The notes beneath the pieces were generated by a model. It ran no database searches. It was not told where the DNA came from and was given only the letters and a program-made list of their open reading frames with translations. Positions 49,354 through 58,759 of a stretch of DNA of 64,000 nt are shown piece after piece. This DNA comes from Candidatus Methanomethylicia archaeon (GTDB taxonomy: Archaea; Thermoproteota; Methanomethylicia; Culexarchaeales; Culexarchaeaceae): contig JAVYVS010000001.1 of the NCBI GenBank assembly GCA_038727515.1, positions 602,946-666,945 of the forward strand. Direction: 5' to 3'. The first letter of the stretch is position 1, and each line of letters opens with the position of its first letter. Made by a program: the position numbers and the translations under genes.

Positions 49354-51084
49354 TTATTTAAAGGGTATTCCAAGTTCATCAAAAGATAACTTGTATTTAA
49401 AGTATCCATGAAGTTTATATGGTAATTCATCAACGCTAACTCTAACTTGCCTCCATGAATCTCTATCCCTCAAAGTTACTGTATTATCATTGAGAGATTG
49501 ATAATCAATAGTTATAGCTATTGGAACACCAATTTCATCAGCTCTAGCATACCTTCTACCAATAGATCCAGATTCATCATAATCTACATCAAATCCTTCA
49601 TCCAAAAGTAATTGATAAACTTTTAAAGCATATTCTGGTAAACCATCTTTAGAAACTAATGGTAAAACAACAACTTGTATTGGTGAAATATCCCTAGGTA
49701 GTGAAAGTATACTTCTACCCTCCTTTTCACCATAAGAATACTCTAAAACTGCATAAACAATTCTATCAGCACCAAAAGATGGTTCAACAACATGTGGTAT
49801 TATATGTTTACCTTTAACTTCAACAATTTCACTACTAATAATGAAATCATCTCTTTCAAGTCTAAAACCTTCAACTTCCACATACCCCTTAGACTTAAAC
49901 TCCTCCTCCAAGGAAGAATAATTGATAGAATTGAGAATACGCTTAACATTAGATCCAAACTTAGAATTTAGAGAATCCATATTTGGTATATATTTAACCC
50001 TTTTCTCAATTATCGGTTTATCAAATTGCTTATAAACTCTTAAATCCACACCACTAAAAGCCATATGTCTACTAAGGTCATAATCAGTCCTATAAGAATA
50101 CCCTGCAATTTCAACATATCCCCATCTCTCCAATTTAACAACTTGATCAAAAGTTTGAACGGAATAATGAGCTCTCTCCATGGGTGGTTTATCTATAAAC
50201 ATTTGAGAATTAAAGGGTATGCCAAGTGATTCAGCAAATTTTCTACCTAAAACCATGAAGTAAGCTTGCCATTCATTCAATATTATCCCTTTATCTAAAG
50301 CTTCACTAACAGATATAGTTATAGGATCAAAAGTTTTTGAAGAAGCTTGAGATTGAGGAACAATTCTCAAAAGTTCATTTTTAACATCATCTATAAATCT
50401 ACATTTAGAATCTTCAGGATCAAAGAATAATTCTACCTCCATTATAGTGAACTCTCTAAGCCTTATTGGACCTTGTCTAGGTGAAATCTCATTCCTCAAA
50501 ACACGTCCAATTTGAGCTATACCAATAGGCAATTTACCTCTACAAGCATCATAAACACGTTTAAACGCTAAAAACATTCCTTGAGCAGCTTCAGGTCTAC
50601 CATAACCAACATCTTCACTATACGGTCCAATAACAGTTTTAAACAATAAACTAAACTTTCTAACATCACTAAGAGCGCCTCCACATTCAGGACATTTCAA
50701 TCCCTTTTCATGAATAATATTATTCAAATCATCTTGAGAGAGAGATTCCAATCCACTCATACCAGTTAACTGTTCAATGAGGTGATCAGCCCTATATTTC
50801 CTACCACAAGATAAACATTCCACAAGGAAATCAGTAAAATGCTCTAAATGGCCAGATGCTTCCAAAACCTTACTTGGAAGTATAATGGGGGTCTCAATTT
50901 CAAAAATGAAATCTCTATGTCTATGAATAAAGAATTGCCTCCATTTATTTTCAATCTTATGTTTTAGCAATGTTCCAAGAGGGCCGAAATCAATAAATCC
51001 TCTAACACCACCATAAATCTCCATAGAAGGCCATAGAAAACCTCTTCTCCTTGCAAATTCCATTAAACGCTCAAATCTATCCAT
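49354..51084 (-). CDS. glyS: glycyl-tRNA synthetase (archaeal/eukaryotic alpha2 type)
   Basis: GlyRS N-terminus MDRFERLMEFARRRGFLWPSMEIYGG, class II motifs, C-terminal anticodon-binding domain; ORF extends to 51186 but conserved start is the ATG at 51084. Confidence 0.9.
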   Translation of the reverse strand: MDRFERLMEFARRRGFLWPSMEIYGGVRGFIDFGPLGTLLKHKIENKWRQFFIHRHRDFIFEIETPIILPSKVLEASGHLEHFTDFLVECLSCGRKYRADHLIEQLTGMSGLESLSQDDLNNIIHEKGLKCPECGGALSDVRKFSLLFKTVIGPYSEDVGYGRPEAAQGMFLAFKRVYDACRGKLPIGIAQIGRVLRNEISPRQGPIRLREFTIMEVELFFDPEDSKCRFIDDVKNELLRIVPQSQASSKTFDPITISVSEALDKGIILNEWQAYFMVLGRKFAESLGIPFNSQMFIDKPPMERAHYSVQTFDQVVKLERWGYVEIAGYSYRTDYDLSRHMAFSGVDLRVYKQFDKPIIEKRVKYIPNMDSLNSKFGSNVKRILNSINYSSLEEEFKSKGYVEVEGFRLERDDFIISSEIVEVKGKHIIPHVVEPSFGADRIVYAVLEYSYGEKEGRSILSLPRDISPIQVVVLPLVSKDGLPEYALKVYQLLLDEGFDVDYDESGSIGRRYARADEIGVPIAITIDYQSLNDNTVTLRDRDSWRQVRVSVDELPYKLHGYFKYKLSFDELGIPFK

Positions 51085-51166
51085 AGTAACACCAACATAA
51101 ACTAAAAGGATAAACAAATACATTAAAATATTTCTAGAGGCAAATGATTTAAAACGTCTAGGGGGA

Positions 51167-52078
51167 TTGATGTTTGAAATGAGCAAGTTAAAATTTCATT
51201 TAACTGATGAAAATAAATACTTTAATGGTAGACAATTCAGCATTGAAGAAGCTGAATTCATACTATTTGGAGCGCCATTTGATGCAACATCAACATATAG
51301 AACAGGCTCAAGATATGCGCCTCAAGCCATAAGGTGTGCATCAATAAACATAGAGACATATAGCTTTAGAACATTAATGGATGCGTTAGACTTAAAGATA
51401 CATGATGCTGGAGATCTACCACAAACCTCAAACACGGAGGAAATTATAGAGAGAATAAGTGAAGTTATAAGTGAAATTGTAGAAGATGGGAAAATACCAA
51501 TAATGATTGGTGGAGAACATACAATAACTTACGGAGCGGTAAAAGCATTGAAAAATATATCAACAATAATATTTGATGCACACATGGATTTAAGAGATGA
51601 ATATCCAATGGGTGTAAAGATTGGTCATGCAACTGTTTCTAGAAGGATAGGTGAAGTTTTAGGGGTAGAGAAATTATTGATAATGGGTGTAAGAGCAACA
51701 TGTAAAGAAGAAATAGAGTATGCAAAAAAGATTGGTTTAATCTTTAAAACATCGATGGAAATGATTGAAAAAGAAGTTTGTGAATACATTGGGAAAATTA
51801 GTAATGAGAGGTTGTGGATATCAATAGATATGGATGTATTAGATCCATCAATAGCTCCAGGCGTAGCAAACCCAGAGCCTGAAGGAATAAATTTATCGAA
51901 ATTACTAGACACACTAGAAAAATTAGTTTCAAACAATAGGGTAATTGGTTTCGATATAGTGGAAGTTACACCAGCTTATGATAATGGAATAACATCAATA
52001 GTTGCATCAAAAATAATATTTGAATTAGCATGTATGATAAAGAATTCATTAAGGAATAGTGAATACACTACAATCTAA
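51167..52078 (+). CDS. speB: agmatinase (ureohydrolase family)
   Basis: 303 aa; FGAPFDATSTYRTGSRYAPQAIR, DAHMDLRD, SIDMDVLDP Mn-binding motifs. Confidence 0.8.
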   Translation: MMFEMSKLKFHLTDENKYFNGRQFSIEEAEFILFGAPFDATSTYRTGSRYAPQAIRCASINIETYSFRTLMDALDLKIHDAGDLPQTSNTEEIIERISEVISEIVEDGKIPIMIGGEHTITYGAVKALKNISTIIFDAHMDLRDEYPMGVKIGHATVSRRIGEVLGVEKLLIMGVRATCKEEIEYAKKIGLIFKTSMEMIEKEVCEYIGKISNERLWISIDMDVLDPSIAPGVANPEPEGINLSKLLDTLEKLVSNNRVIGFDIVEVTPAYDNGITSIVASKIIFELACMIKNSLRNSEYTTI

Positions 52079-52211
52079 TACGTTTAACTATTGGAGATCT
52101 AACTTTATAGAAAACTCTATATCCACACATTGGACAACGCATGCCTGGAACAGATTCAAAATCCTTCATATCATTAATTATGTGACCACATCTACCACAA
52201 CGGTAAGGCAT
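52068..52211 (-). CDS. rpoP: DNA-directed RNA polymerase subunit P (RpoP/Rpo12)
   Basis: 47-aa ORF absent from the supplied track (<60 aa): MPYRCGRCGHIINDMKDFESVPGMRCPMCGYRVFYKVRSPIVKRIRL, CxxC..CxxC zinc ribbon matching RpoP; overlaps 3' end of agmatinase on opposite strand. Confidence 0.7.
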   Translation of the reverse strand: MPYRCGRCGHIINDMKDFESVPGMRCPMCGYRVFYKVRSPIVKRIRL

Positions 52212-52319
52212 AATTGTCAAAAGTGATAATTATAAACAAAGATATATATTTTGCCTAAAGTGAAAAGATAAATACTTATAAGGTAAATCAAACTTAATAT
52301 TATTTGATAAGGAGGAATT

Positions 52320-52634
52320 ATGTCTAAGAGTCAGATATGCCCTGTATGTGGTTTACCGAAAGAATTATGCGTATGTCAATCAATAGCTAAAGAACAACAA
52401 GTAATAAAAGTTAAGCTTGAAACAAGAAAGTGGGGTAGAGAGGTAACAATAATAAATGGTATAAATGATAAAGAATTAGACTTATATCAAGTGGTAAGTG
52501 CATTAAAAAGTAGACTTGCTTGTGGAGGAACAGTAAAAGAGGGTAGAATAGAATTGCAAGGTGATCATAGAAGTAGAGTGAAAGAAATACTTATAGAATT
52601 AGGATTTCCAGAGGAGAATATTGAAGTCGAATAA
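52320..52634 (+). CDS. translation initiation factor aSUI1 (eIF1 homolog)
   Basis: 104 aa; N-terminal Zn finger CPVCG...CVC, SUI1 domain ([10 protein letters not shown]...[11 protein letters not shown]); GGAGG SD 7 nt upstream. Confidence 0.85.
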   Translation: MSKSQICPVCGLPKELCVCQSIAKEQQVIKVKLETRKWGREVTIINGINDKELDLYQVVSALKSRLACGGTVKEGRIELQGDHRSRVKEILIELGFPEENIEVE

Positions 52635-52749
52635 ATAAAATACAATAATTGAAATCATAGAAATGAGATAGCGAACCCATAAACTTATTTTAAACTAGAA
52701 ATAAAACTTAAATTACACATTTTAAAATCAATTTAATGATTATTATAAG

Positions 52750-54099
52750 GTGGTAAATATGAGTACAGTAGCAAAATTTGCTAGAGTTGGAGCACATAGC
52801 CATATAAAGGGTCTTGGATTAAAGGATGGAAAAGCATTAATGAAAGCAGATGGAATGATAGGACAAATAAAAGCTAGAGAAGCCGCTGGAATAATAGTTG
52901 AATTAATAAAGCAAGGTAAAATGGCTGGAAGAGCAGTTTTACTAGCAGGACCTCCAGGAACTGGAAAAACGGCTGTAGCAGTAGCTATTGCAAAAGAGCT
53001 TGGAGAAGACGTTCCATTCATAGCAATATCAGGTTCAGAAATATACTCTAGTGAATTAAAGAAAACAGAAGTTTTAATGCAAACTATGAGGAAAGCTATA
53101 GGTGTTAGAATACATGAAATGAGGAAAGTCTATGAGGGATTGGTAACACAATTGGATATAAAAATGACTAGACATCCATACAATCCATACCAGCAAATCC
53201 CAGAAAATGCAAGAATAACATTGAAGACTAAAAGCGAAGAGAGAAGGTTAAGTGTAGGATCAGCAATAGCCATGGAACTTATACAGAAAGGTGTTAGAGA
53301 AGGAGATGTTATATGGATAGATTCAGAAACTGGAAAAGTTACAAGGGTTGGTAGAGGAGAAGAGTATACTGGAGAAAAATATGATATAGAAGCAGAAACA
53401 TATGTTCCAACACCTTCTGGACCAGTATTTAAAGAAAAGGAATTCATATATACTGTAACGCTACATGATTTAGATGTACAAGTACATTCAAGATCTGGAG
53501 GTATATTCAGTTTACTATTTGGTGGAAGAGAAGAAAAGGAAATACCGCCAGACGTAAGACAAGAGGTAGATAATTTAGTTAAGAAGTGGGTTGACGATAA
53601 TAAAGCGGAAATTATACCTGGAGTTATGTTTATAGATGAAGCATCAGCACTTGATATAGAAGCATTTTCATTCTTAACAAGAGCATTGGAAAGTGAACTT
53701 GCACCAATAATGATACTTGCAACGAATAGGGGAATCACGAAGATTAGAGGTACAGATATAGAATCACCACATGGAATACCATTAGACCTTCTGGATAGAC
53801 TACTAATAATAACCACAGAAAAATACAGTAAGGAAGAGATAAGGGAGATATTGAAGATAAGGGCAGAGGAAGAAGATATAGTTATAGATGATGATGCACT
53901 AGAACTACTTACGGAGATAGGAGAGAAAACATCATTAAGATATGCAGTTCAAATGCTTACACCAGCATATATAAATGCTAGAAAGAAGGGTAGGAAAAGA
54001 GTTACTGTGGAAGATGTGGAAGAAGTGAAGAGATTATTTGCAGATGTTAAAGAATCAATGAGATATCTAAAGGAGCATGAAGAAGAAATGCTAAAGTAG
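52750..54099 (+). CDS. RuvB-like AAA+ ATPase (TIP49/TBP-interacting protein homolog)
   Basis: 449 aa; N-terminal HSHIKGLGL, Walker A GPPGTGKT, domain II insertion, Walker B FIDEA. Confidence 0.85.
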   Translation: MVNMSTVAKFARVGAHSHIKGLGLKDGKALMKADGMIGQIKAREAAGIIVELIKQGKMAGRAVLLAGPPGTGKTAVAVAIAKELGEDVPFIAISGSEIYSSELKKTEVLMQTMRKAIGVRIHEMRKVYEGLVTQLDIKMTRHPYNPYQQIPENARITLKTKSEERRLSVGSAIAMELIQKGVREGDVIWIDSETGKVTRVGRGEEYTGEKYDIEAETYVPTPSGPVFKEKEFIYTVTLHDLDVQVHSRSGGIFSLLFGGREEKEIPPDVRQEVDNLVKKWVDDNKAEIIPGVMFIDEASALDIEAFSFLTRALESELAPIMILATNRGITKIRGTDIESPHGIPLDLLDRLLIITTEKYSKEEIREILKIRAEEEDIVIDDDALELLTEIGEKTSLRYAVQMLTPAYINARKKGRKRVTVEDVEEVKRLFADVKESMRYLKEHEEEMLK

Positions 54100-54104
54100 A
54101 GAAA

Positions 54105-54575
54105 ATGATGAAACCTAAGATAATAAATGCAGAAACTATAATTGAAGCAATATCAAAGATAGAGGATGAAGGAGATATAGTAATACATGTTAGAGAACCG
54201 GAAAAAAGACCATTAGCGTTACAAAAGGAATTGGAAGAGGAAGTTATAAGGAGCTATTATCAAGATATTACAACAAACAATGAACTAAAGGGTAAAATTT
54301 CAAGTATTATTAAAGAATTAAAGAGTGATGGAGCTAAAACAGTGATAGAAGAAATTAGAGGGGTAATTGACATAAACCTATTGTATGTTAAGTTATATTT
54401 AGATCATGGGAAACTTAACGCTTCAATTATTACCCCAAGAATAGATTCAAAGGAAGCAATACATAAACTCCTAATATATGTGGAAATAATGTTAGAAGAT
54501 TTATCTTTATCACTAGGATTGGCAAATGGAACTATAACTTTGATGACTATGAAAGTAAACTCAGATAAAAGCTAA
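54105..54575 (+). CDS. hypothetical protein, likely co-transcribed with TIP49 homolog
   Basis: 156 aa; starts 6 nt after TIP49 stop; no family recognised. Confidence 0.3.
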   Translation: MMKPKIINAETIIEAISKIEDEGDIVIHVREPEKRPLALQKELEEEVIRSYYQDITTNNELKGKISSIIKELKSDGAKTVIEEIRGVIDINLLYVKLYLDHGKLNASIITPRIDSKEAIHKLLIYVEIMLEDLSLSLGLANGTITLMTMKVNSDKS

Positions 54576-55772
54576 AATTATACTACCAAAACTAAACATG
54601 GAAAGAAAGACTACTAGGAACCAGCATAAAAACTTCAATAAGCCATAATTAGTTTTTATTGGAAATTTTATTTCACTAAATAATTTCGCCATGAAGAATA
54701 ATGGTATTGGAAGGGTGAGTGTTGAGAGAGCGGAAGCATATAGAGAAAGCTTAATCACATTAACATTAAACATTATTAGAAAAGCTCCAAGAAGAATTGA
54801 AAGAGAACTTAATATAACCTTCCAACCAGATAAAATAGCATACCTAATCTTAGTAATTTCAGCAATATCCGCAATTAGTTCCTCAAGCAATTTAAAACTT
54901 GAAATAACAATAACACTACAACTTAAATAAAATGATATCATAATTCCAAAGATAAAAAATATAGCTCCAAAACCCCCCAATTTCGGTATTAGTGTACATA
55001 GTATATCGCTAATACTATCTACAATTTCCCCACGAACATACAATTGAGATGCACAAATCAACATTACTGAAACACCCAATACTAGGCTTTCAAAAGCTCC
55101 TATAACAATCCCATTATACTTATTGAAAAGATTAGGTAGATTATTAGATTCATCAGATCCCTCATGAACTTCAAATAGAATTAAGTAACCACTAACAACA
55201 CAACCCAATAAAGCCATAACAGTTAGAAGCCAATCCTTAGAAGGAACCATTGAAATTGTTATAAATCCTCTTATAAACTCATCAAAATTACTATTATACC
55301 TAGCTGCTACTGGAATTATAAGTAAAACTAGAAAGCTAACCAAGGATAGAAACATCCTTAGAATTGTAGATGAAGAGAAAATGGCTATAATACATAATGA
55401 TAATGCCATTAATGGGGCCCAAAACTTACATGAAATATTTGTAAAAAATTCTAAAACTAGAGATGCAGCTGTAACTTCCGCAGTAACTGTTGCCGTATTT
55501 ACCATGAACATAATTGAAGAACATATCATTGACTGCCTAACCCCATATTTAAGCTTTATATTCTCTATTAACCCTCTACCAGTAAAAGAACCTATTTGAG
55601 CTGAAATTTGTAGAATAACTATCATTAAGAGGGAGGCTAAGAGTTTAGTCCATAGTAGACTTAAACCGTATTTTGATGCAGCATAACTATTGGCAACTAA
55701 ATCACTGAAACTAAATGTTACACCAGCCAATATCTGTATGATCAAAGATTTAATAGCCCCTTTAGAGGTCAA
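54561..55772 (-). CDS. divergent Nramp-family metal ion transporter
   Basis: 403 aa, about 11 TM; TM1-2 block ILAGVTFSFSDLVANSYAASKYGLSLLW...ISAQIGSFTGRGLIENI aligns to the Nramp DPGN...GYxLLW...vvTG region with DPGN replaced by SDLVAN. Confidence 0.5.
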   Translation of the reverse strand: MTSKGAIKSLIIQILAGVTFSFSDLVANSYAASKYGLSLLWTKLLASLLMIVILQISAQIGSFTGRGLIENIKLKYGVRQSMICSSIMFMVNTATVTAEVTAASLVLEFFTNISCKFWAPLMALSLCIIAIFSSSTILRMFLSLVSFLVLLIIPVAARYNSNFDEFIRGFITISMVPSKDWLLTVMALLGCVVSGYLILFEVHEGSDESNNLPNLFNKYNGIVIGAFESLVLGVSVMLICASQLYVRGEIVDSISDILCTLIPKLGGFGAIFFIFGIMISFYLSCSVIVISSFKLLEELIADIAEITKIRYAILSGWKVILSSLSILLGAFLIMFNVNVIKLSLYASALSTLTLPIPLFFMAKLFSEIKFPIKTNYGLLKFLCWFLVVFLSMFSFGSIILAFI

Positions 55773-55787
55773 AAGTTTATCCCACCT

Positions 55788-56099
55788 TTAACTCTTCTTT
55801 AATATATCCATTAGACGTTCACGATCAATAATTAGATTTACAGAAATACCATTACTAGTTGTAGAAATAGAATCAATTTTAAATAGGGAATCTCTAACTC
55901 CATTACTAAGATCCATCCTACTTAAAACTTTTAAAGCATCATTGCTAACAGTTTGAATATTACTATCAACACTAGATATCAAGTATGGTTTAATCTCATA
56001 ACATTTTTTAGCAATACGTTTTGCAATAACATAGTTGTATATTATTGGGAGTAATCCAGAGAATGCATATATCGAAAACAAGAGGAATTCCTCAATCAT
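55788..56099 (-). CDS. hypothetical small membrane-anchored protein
   Basis: 103 aa with N-terminal hydrophobic helix; 15 nt upstream of Nramp-like gene. Confidence 0.25.
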   Translation of the reverse strand: MIEEFLLFSIYAFSGLLPIIYNYVIAKRIAKKCYEIKPYLISSVDSNIQTVSNDALKVLSRMDLSNGVRDSLFKIDSISTTSNGISVNLIIDRERLMDILKKS

Positions 56100-56206
56100 A
56101 AAGACACCTGAAAAATAATGTGTATTAAGATGGATAAGTCGCTTATTAATTTACGAATGTAAAATATCCTATAAGAATACTACGAGACTACATTGTGAAA
56201 TAAATC

Positions 56207-56884
56207 TTAACCCAGCAATTCCCTTAAGAAATTCATTGTAGCATTCTTAGGATTACTGGATTTAGTTATAGCAGAACCAACAACTATAACTTCAACTCCA
56301 GAATCAATTAACCCTTTAACCTTATCCAAGGTTATTCCACCAGCAACGGCAACTGGGATATTGAGGATTTTACAAGCTTTACGGATATAATCAATTAATC
56401 CTTCATATGCAGATATCCCCAGATACCTCTGAGTATCAATACCCATGTGGAAGCAAACCATATCTACACCTAAATTTTGCACTTCTAAAGCACGTTCTAA
56501 AGGATTTGGAGTGGAAATTAAATCTACAACAATTTTACCATTATACTTCTTACAAGCTTTAATAGCCTCAAGAATAGTTGCATCACTTGCAACACCTAAA
56601 ACACTCATTAAATCAGCTCCAGAGGAAAATGCAAGTTCAGCTTCTATGAACCCCACATCAATACACTTCATATCTGCAAATATTATGGCTTCTGGAATTA
56701 TCCTTCTTAAACTCTTAACAGCATTTACACCAACACATTTAATTAAGGGTGTTCCAACTTCAATCCAAATGTGATCATCAATCCAACATTCACGAGCTAA
56801 ATATTCAGCTAAATTTAAATCAACAACATCAAGCGCCAATTGAAGTGATGGAAAAGATATTTTCCGCATAAATACCAATAACAT
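56207..56884 (-). CDS. hps: 3-hexulose-6-phosphate synthase (HPS; RuMP pathway)
   Basis: 225 aa; LQLALDVVDL, EVGTPLIK, FADMKCIDVG motifs of HPS/KGPDC (OMPDC-fold) family. Confidence 0.75.
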   Translation of the reverse strand: MLLVFMRKISFPSLQLALDVVDLNLAEYLARECWIDDHIWIEVGTPLIKCVGVNAVKSLRRIIPEAIIFADMKCIDVGFIEAELAFSSGADLMSVLGVASDATILEAIKACKKYNGKIVVDLISTPNPLERALEVQNLGVDMVCFHMGIDTQRYLGISAYEGLIDYIRKACKILNIPVAVAGGITLDKVKGLIDSGVEVIVVGSAITKSSNPKNATMNFLRELLG

Positions 56885-56925
56885 GTAGGAAAGAGAAATA
56901 TAAAGGTATTAATATAATTGGAAAT

Positions 56926-58131
56926 GTGAAGCAAAACACAATATTACAAGTAGTATTAGTAATTGTAATATTAGTTGCATCATTTAATTCCAATATTTAT
57001 GCACAACAAGGAATAGGAACTTATACAATAAAATATAGAATTAAAATATCTAATTTTGGTGAAATAGATTATCCACTTACACAGATGAGGAATATGACTA
57101 TTATAGCTACAGACGATTACCAAAGATTAAAAGATTTAAAAGTATTTTTAAATGGTAAAAGTGTAGTAATTCGAGAGACAAAGGTTGATGAGTATAGGAA
57201 TATAATAATTAACGTTCCAGATATACCAGATAAATTACCACCAAAAAATGAGGTTATCATAGAAATAGAGGTTAGTGTAGATCTATATGCTAGAAGTATA
57301 CCGAAAATAAGTTTAGAAGATTCTGGAAGTATAGATGAAATACCTTCAATATTAAAGGAGAAATATTGTAATCTCACTGGATTATGGAGTAAAAGTTTAA
57401 TGGCACAAGATATTGCTAAGAAGTTAATTGGAAATAAAACTAACGCCCTAGAGATGCTATTGACATTAATAAAGTGGATTGAAAGCAACATACAAATACC
57501 ATTAGGTGGAGGTGCTAGAATGCCTCAGTATCCAGATGAAACAATAAAATCAAAAATTGGAGATTGCGATGATCAATCAAATCTATTAGTTGCGATGTGT
57601 AGAAGTCTAGGTATACCAGCATATATACAGATGGCATTCATATATATTGAAGGAAGATTATATGAAGATACTCTATTTAATGGAAGATATAAATTAACTG
57701 CTAAAAATGCTGGAGGACATGCATGGGCAAGGGTGTATATACCACCATGGGGATGGTTAAACGTTGATATGACCTATTACATACCGTATGAAATTAAGGG
57801 TGGATACATGATTAGTATGAATCCATTAGACCATATTACAAATGGAGCGCTATATATAGCTAAAACAATAATAACAGAAAATTATGTATATGGAGATTAC
57901 ATAATGGAATTAAATAAATGGATAAAAGAATTAAATGAATATAATTTAAAGTGGGAAGAAGAATATTCAATAACTCCATATAAAATGGAAAACCAAAACA
58001 TATTTGCAGACCCAATAGTCTTAGGGTCAATCCTACTATTAATTACACTAATAACTGTAACGATACTAGTATATGTAAGGATAACTAAGAGAAAACGTAT
58101 AGAAACAATTAATATAAGTTCAAAAATATAA
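56926..58131 (+). CDS. transglutaminase-like cysteine protease-domain protein, membrane-anchored
   Basis: 401 aa; signal sequence, catalytic core IGDCDDQSNLLVAMCRSLGIPAY with downstream GGHAWARVY (Cys-His-Asp), C-terminal TM helix. Confidence 0.65.
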   Translation: MKQNTILQVVLVIVILVASFNSNIYAQQGIGTYTIKYRIKISNFGEIDYPLTQMRNMTIIATDDYQRLKDLKVFLNGKSVVIRETKVDEYRNIIINVPDIPDKLPPKNEVIIEIEVSVDLYARSIPKISLEDSGSIDEIPSILKEKYCNLTGLWSKSLMAQDIAKKLIGNKTNALEMLLTLIKWIESNIQIPLGGGARMPQYPDETIKSKIGDCDDQSNLLVAMCRSLGIPAYIQMAFIYIEGRLYEDTLFNGRYKLTAKNAGGHAWARVYIPPWGWLNVDMTYYIPYEIKGGYMISMNPLDHITNGALYIAKTIITENYVYGDYIMELNKWIKELNEYNLKWEEEYSITPYKMENQNIFADPIVLGSILLLITLITVTILVYVRITKRKRIETINISSKI

Positions 58132-58147
58132 GTAGATGTGATAAGTT

Positions 58148-58675
58148 ATGGAGACAATTATAGATGTAATAAAAAGTAGAAGGAGTATAAGGAGATTTAA
58201 AAGAGATGAGAAAATTCCAAGAGAAGATTTAATGAAAATTCTTGAAGCATCGATATATGCACCATCAGCAGGGAATAGACAACCATGGGAGTACATAATA
58301 ATTGAGAAGGAAGATGTAAAAAGGAAAATAGCGGAAGCAGCTTATAATCAAATGTGGATTACAGAAGCTCCAACAGTAATAGTTGTATGTGCCAATGAGA
58401 ATAGGAGTGCATTAAGATATGGTGAGCGGGGAAGAACATTATACTGTATACAAGATACAGCTGCAGCAATACAAAACATTCTATTAACAGCACATTCCAT
58501 GGGATATGGAACTTGTTGGGTTGGAGCTTTTGATGAAGAAGAAGTTAGAAGAATATTAAATATACCCATAGGTGTAAGACCAGTAGCAATAATACCAATA
58601 GGCAAACCCAATGAAAAACCATCAATGCCACCTAGAATACCATTAGAAAAATTATTGCATTACGATAAATACTAG
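58148..58675 (+). CDS. nitroreductase-family flavoprotein
   Basis: 175 aa; RRSIRRF N-terminal signature, nitroreductase fold. Confidence 0.8.
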   Translation: METIIDVIKSRRSIRRFKRDEKIPREDLMKILEASIYAPSAGNRQPWEYIIIEKEDVKRKIAEAAYNQMWITEAPTVIVVCANENRSALRYGERGRTLYCIQDTAAAIQNILLTAHSMGYGTCWVGAFDEEEVRRILNIPIGVRPVAIIPIGKPNEKPSMPPRIPLEKLLHYDKY

Positions 58676-58759
58676 GGGAATACAAAAGTATTCTTTAAAG
58701 ATGTTTTACATATGTAAAATGATACGTAAAATATACTTTAAGAACAAAATATTACATCA

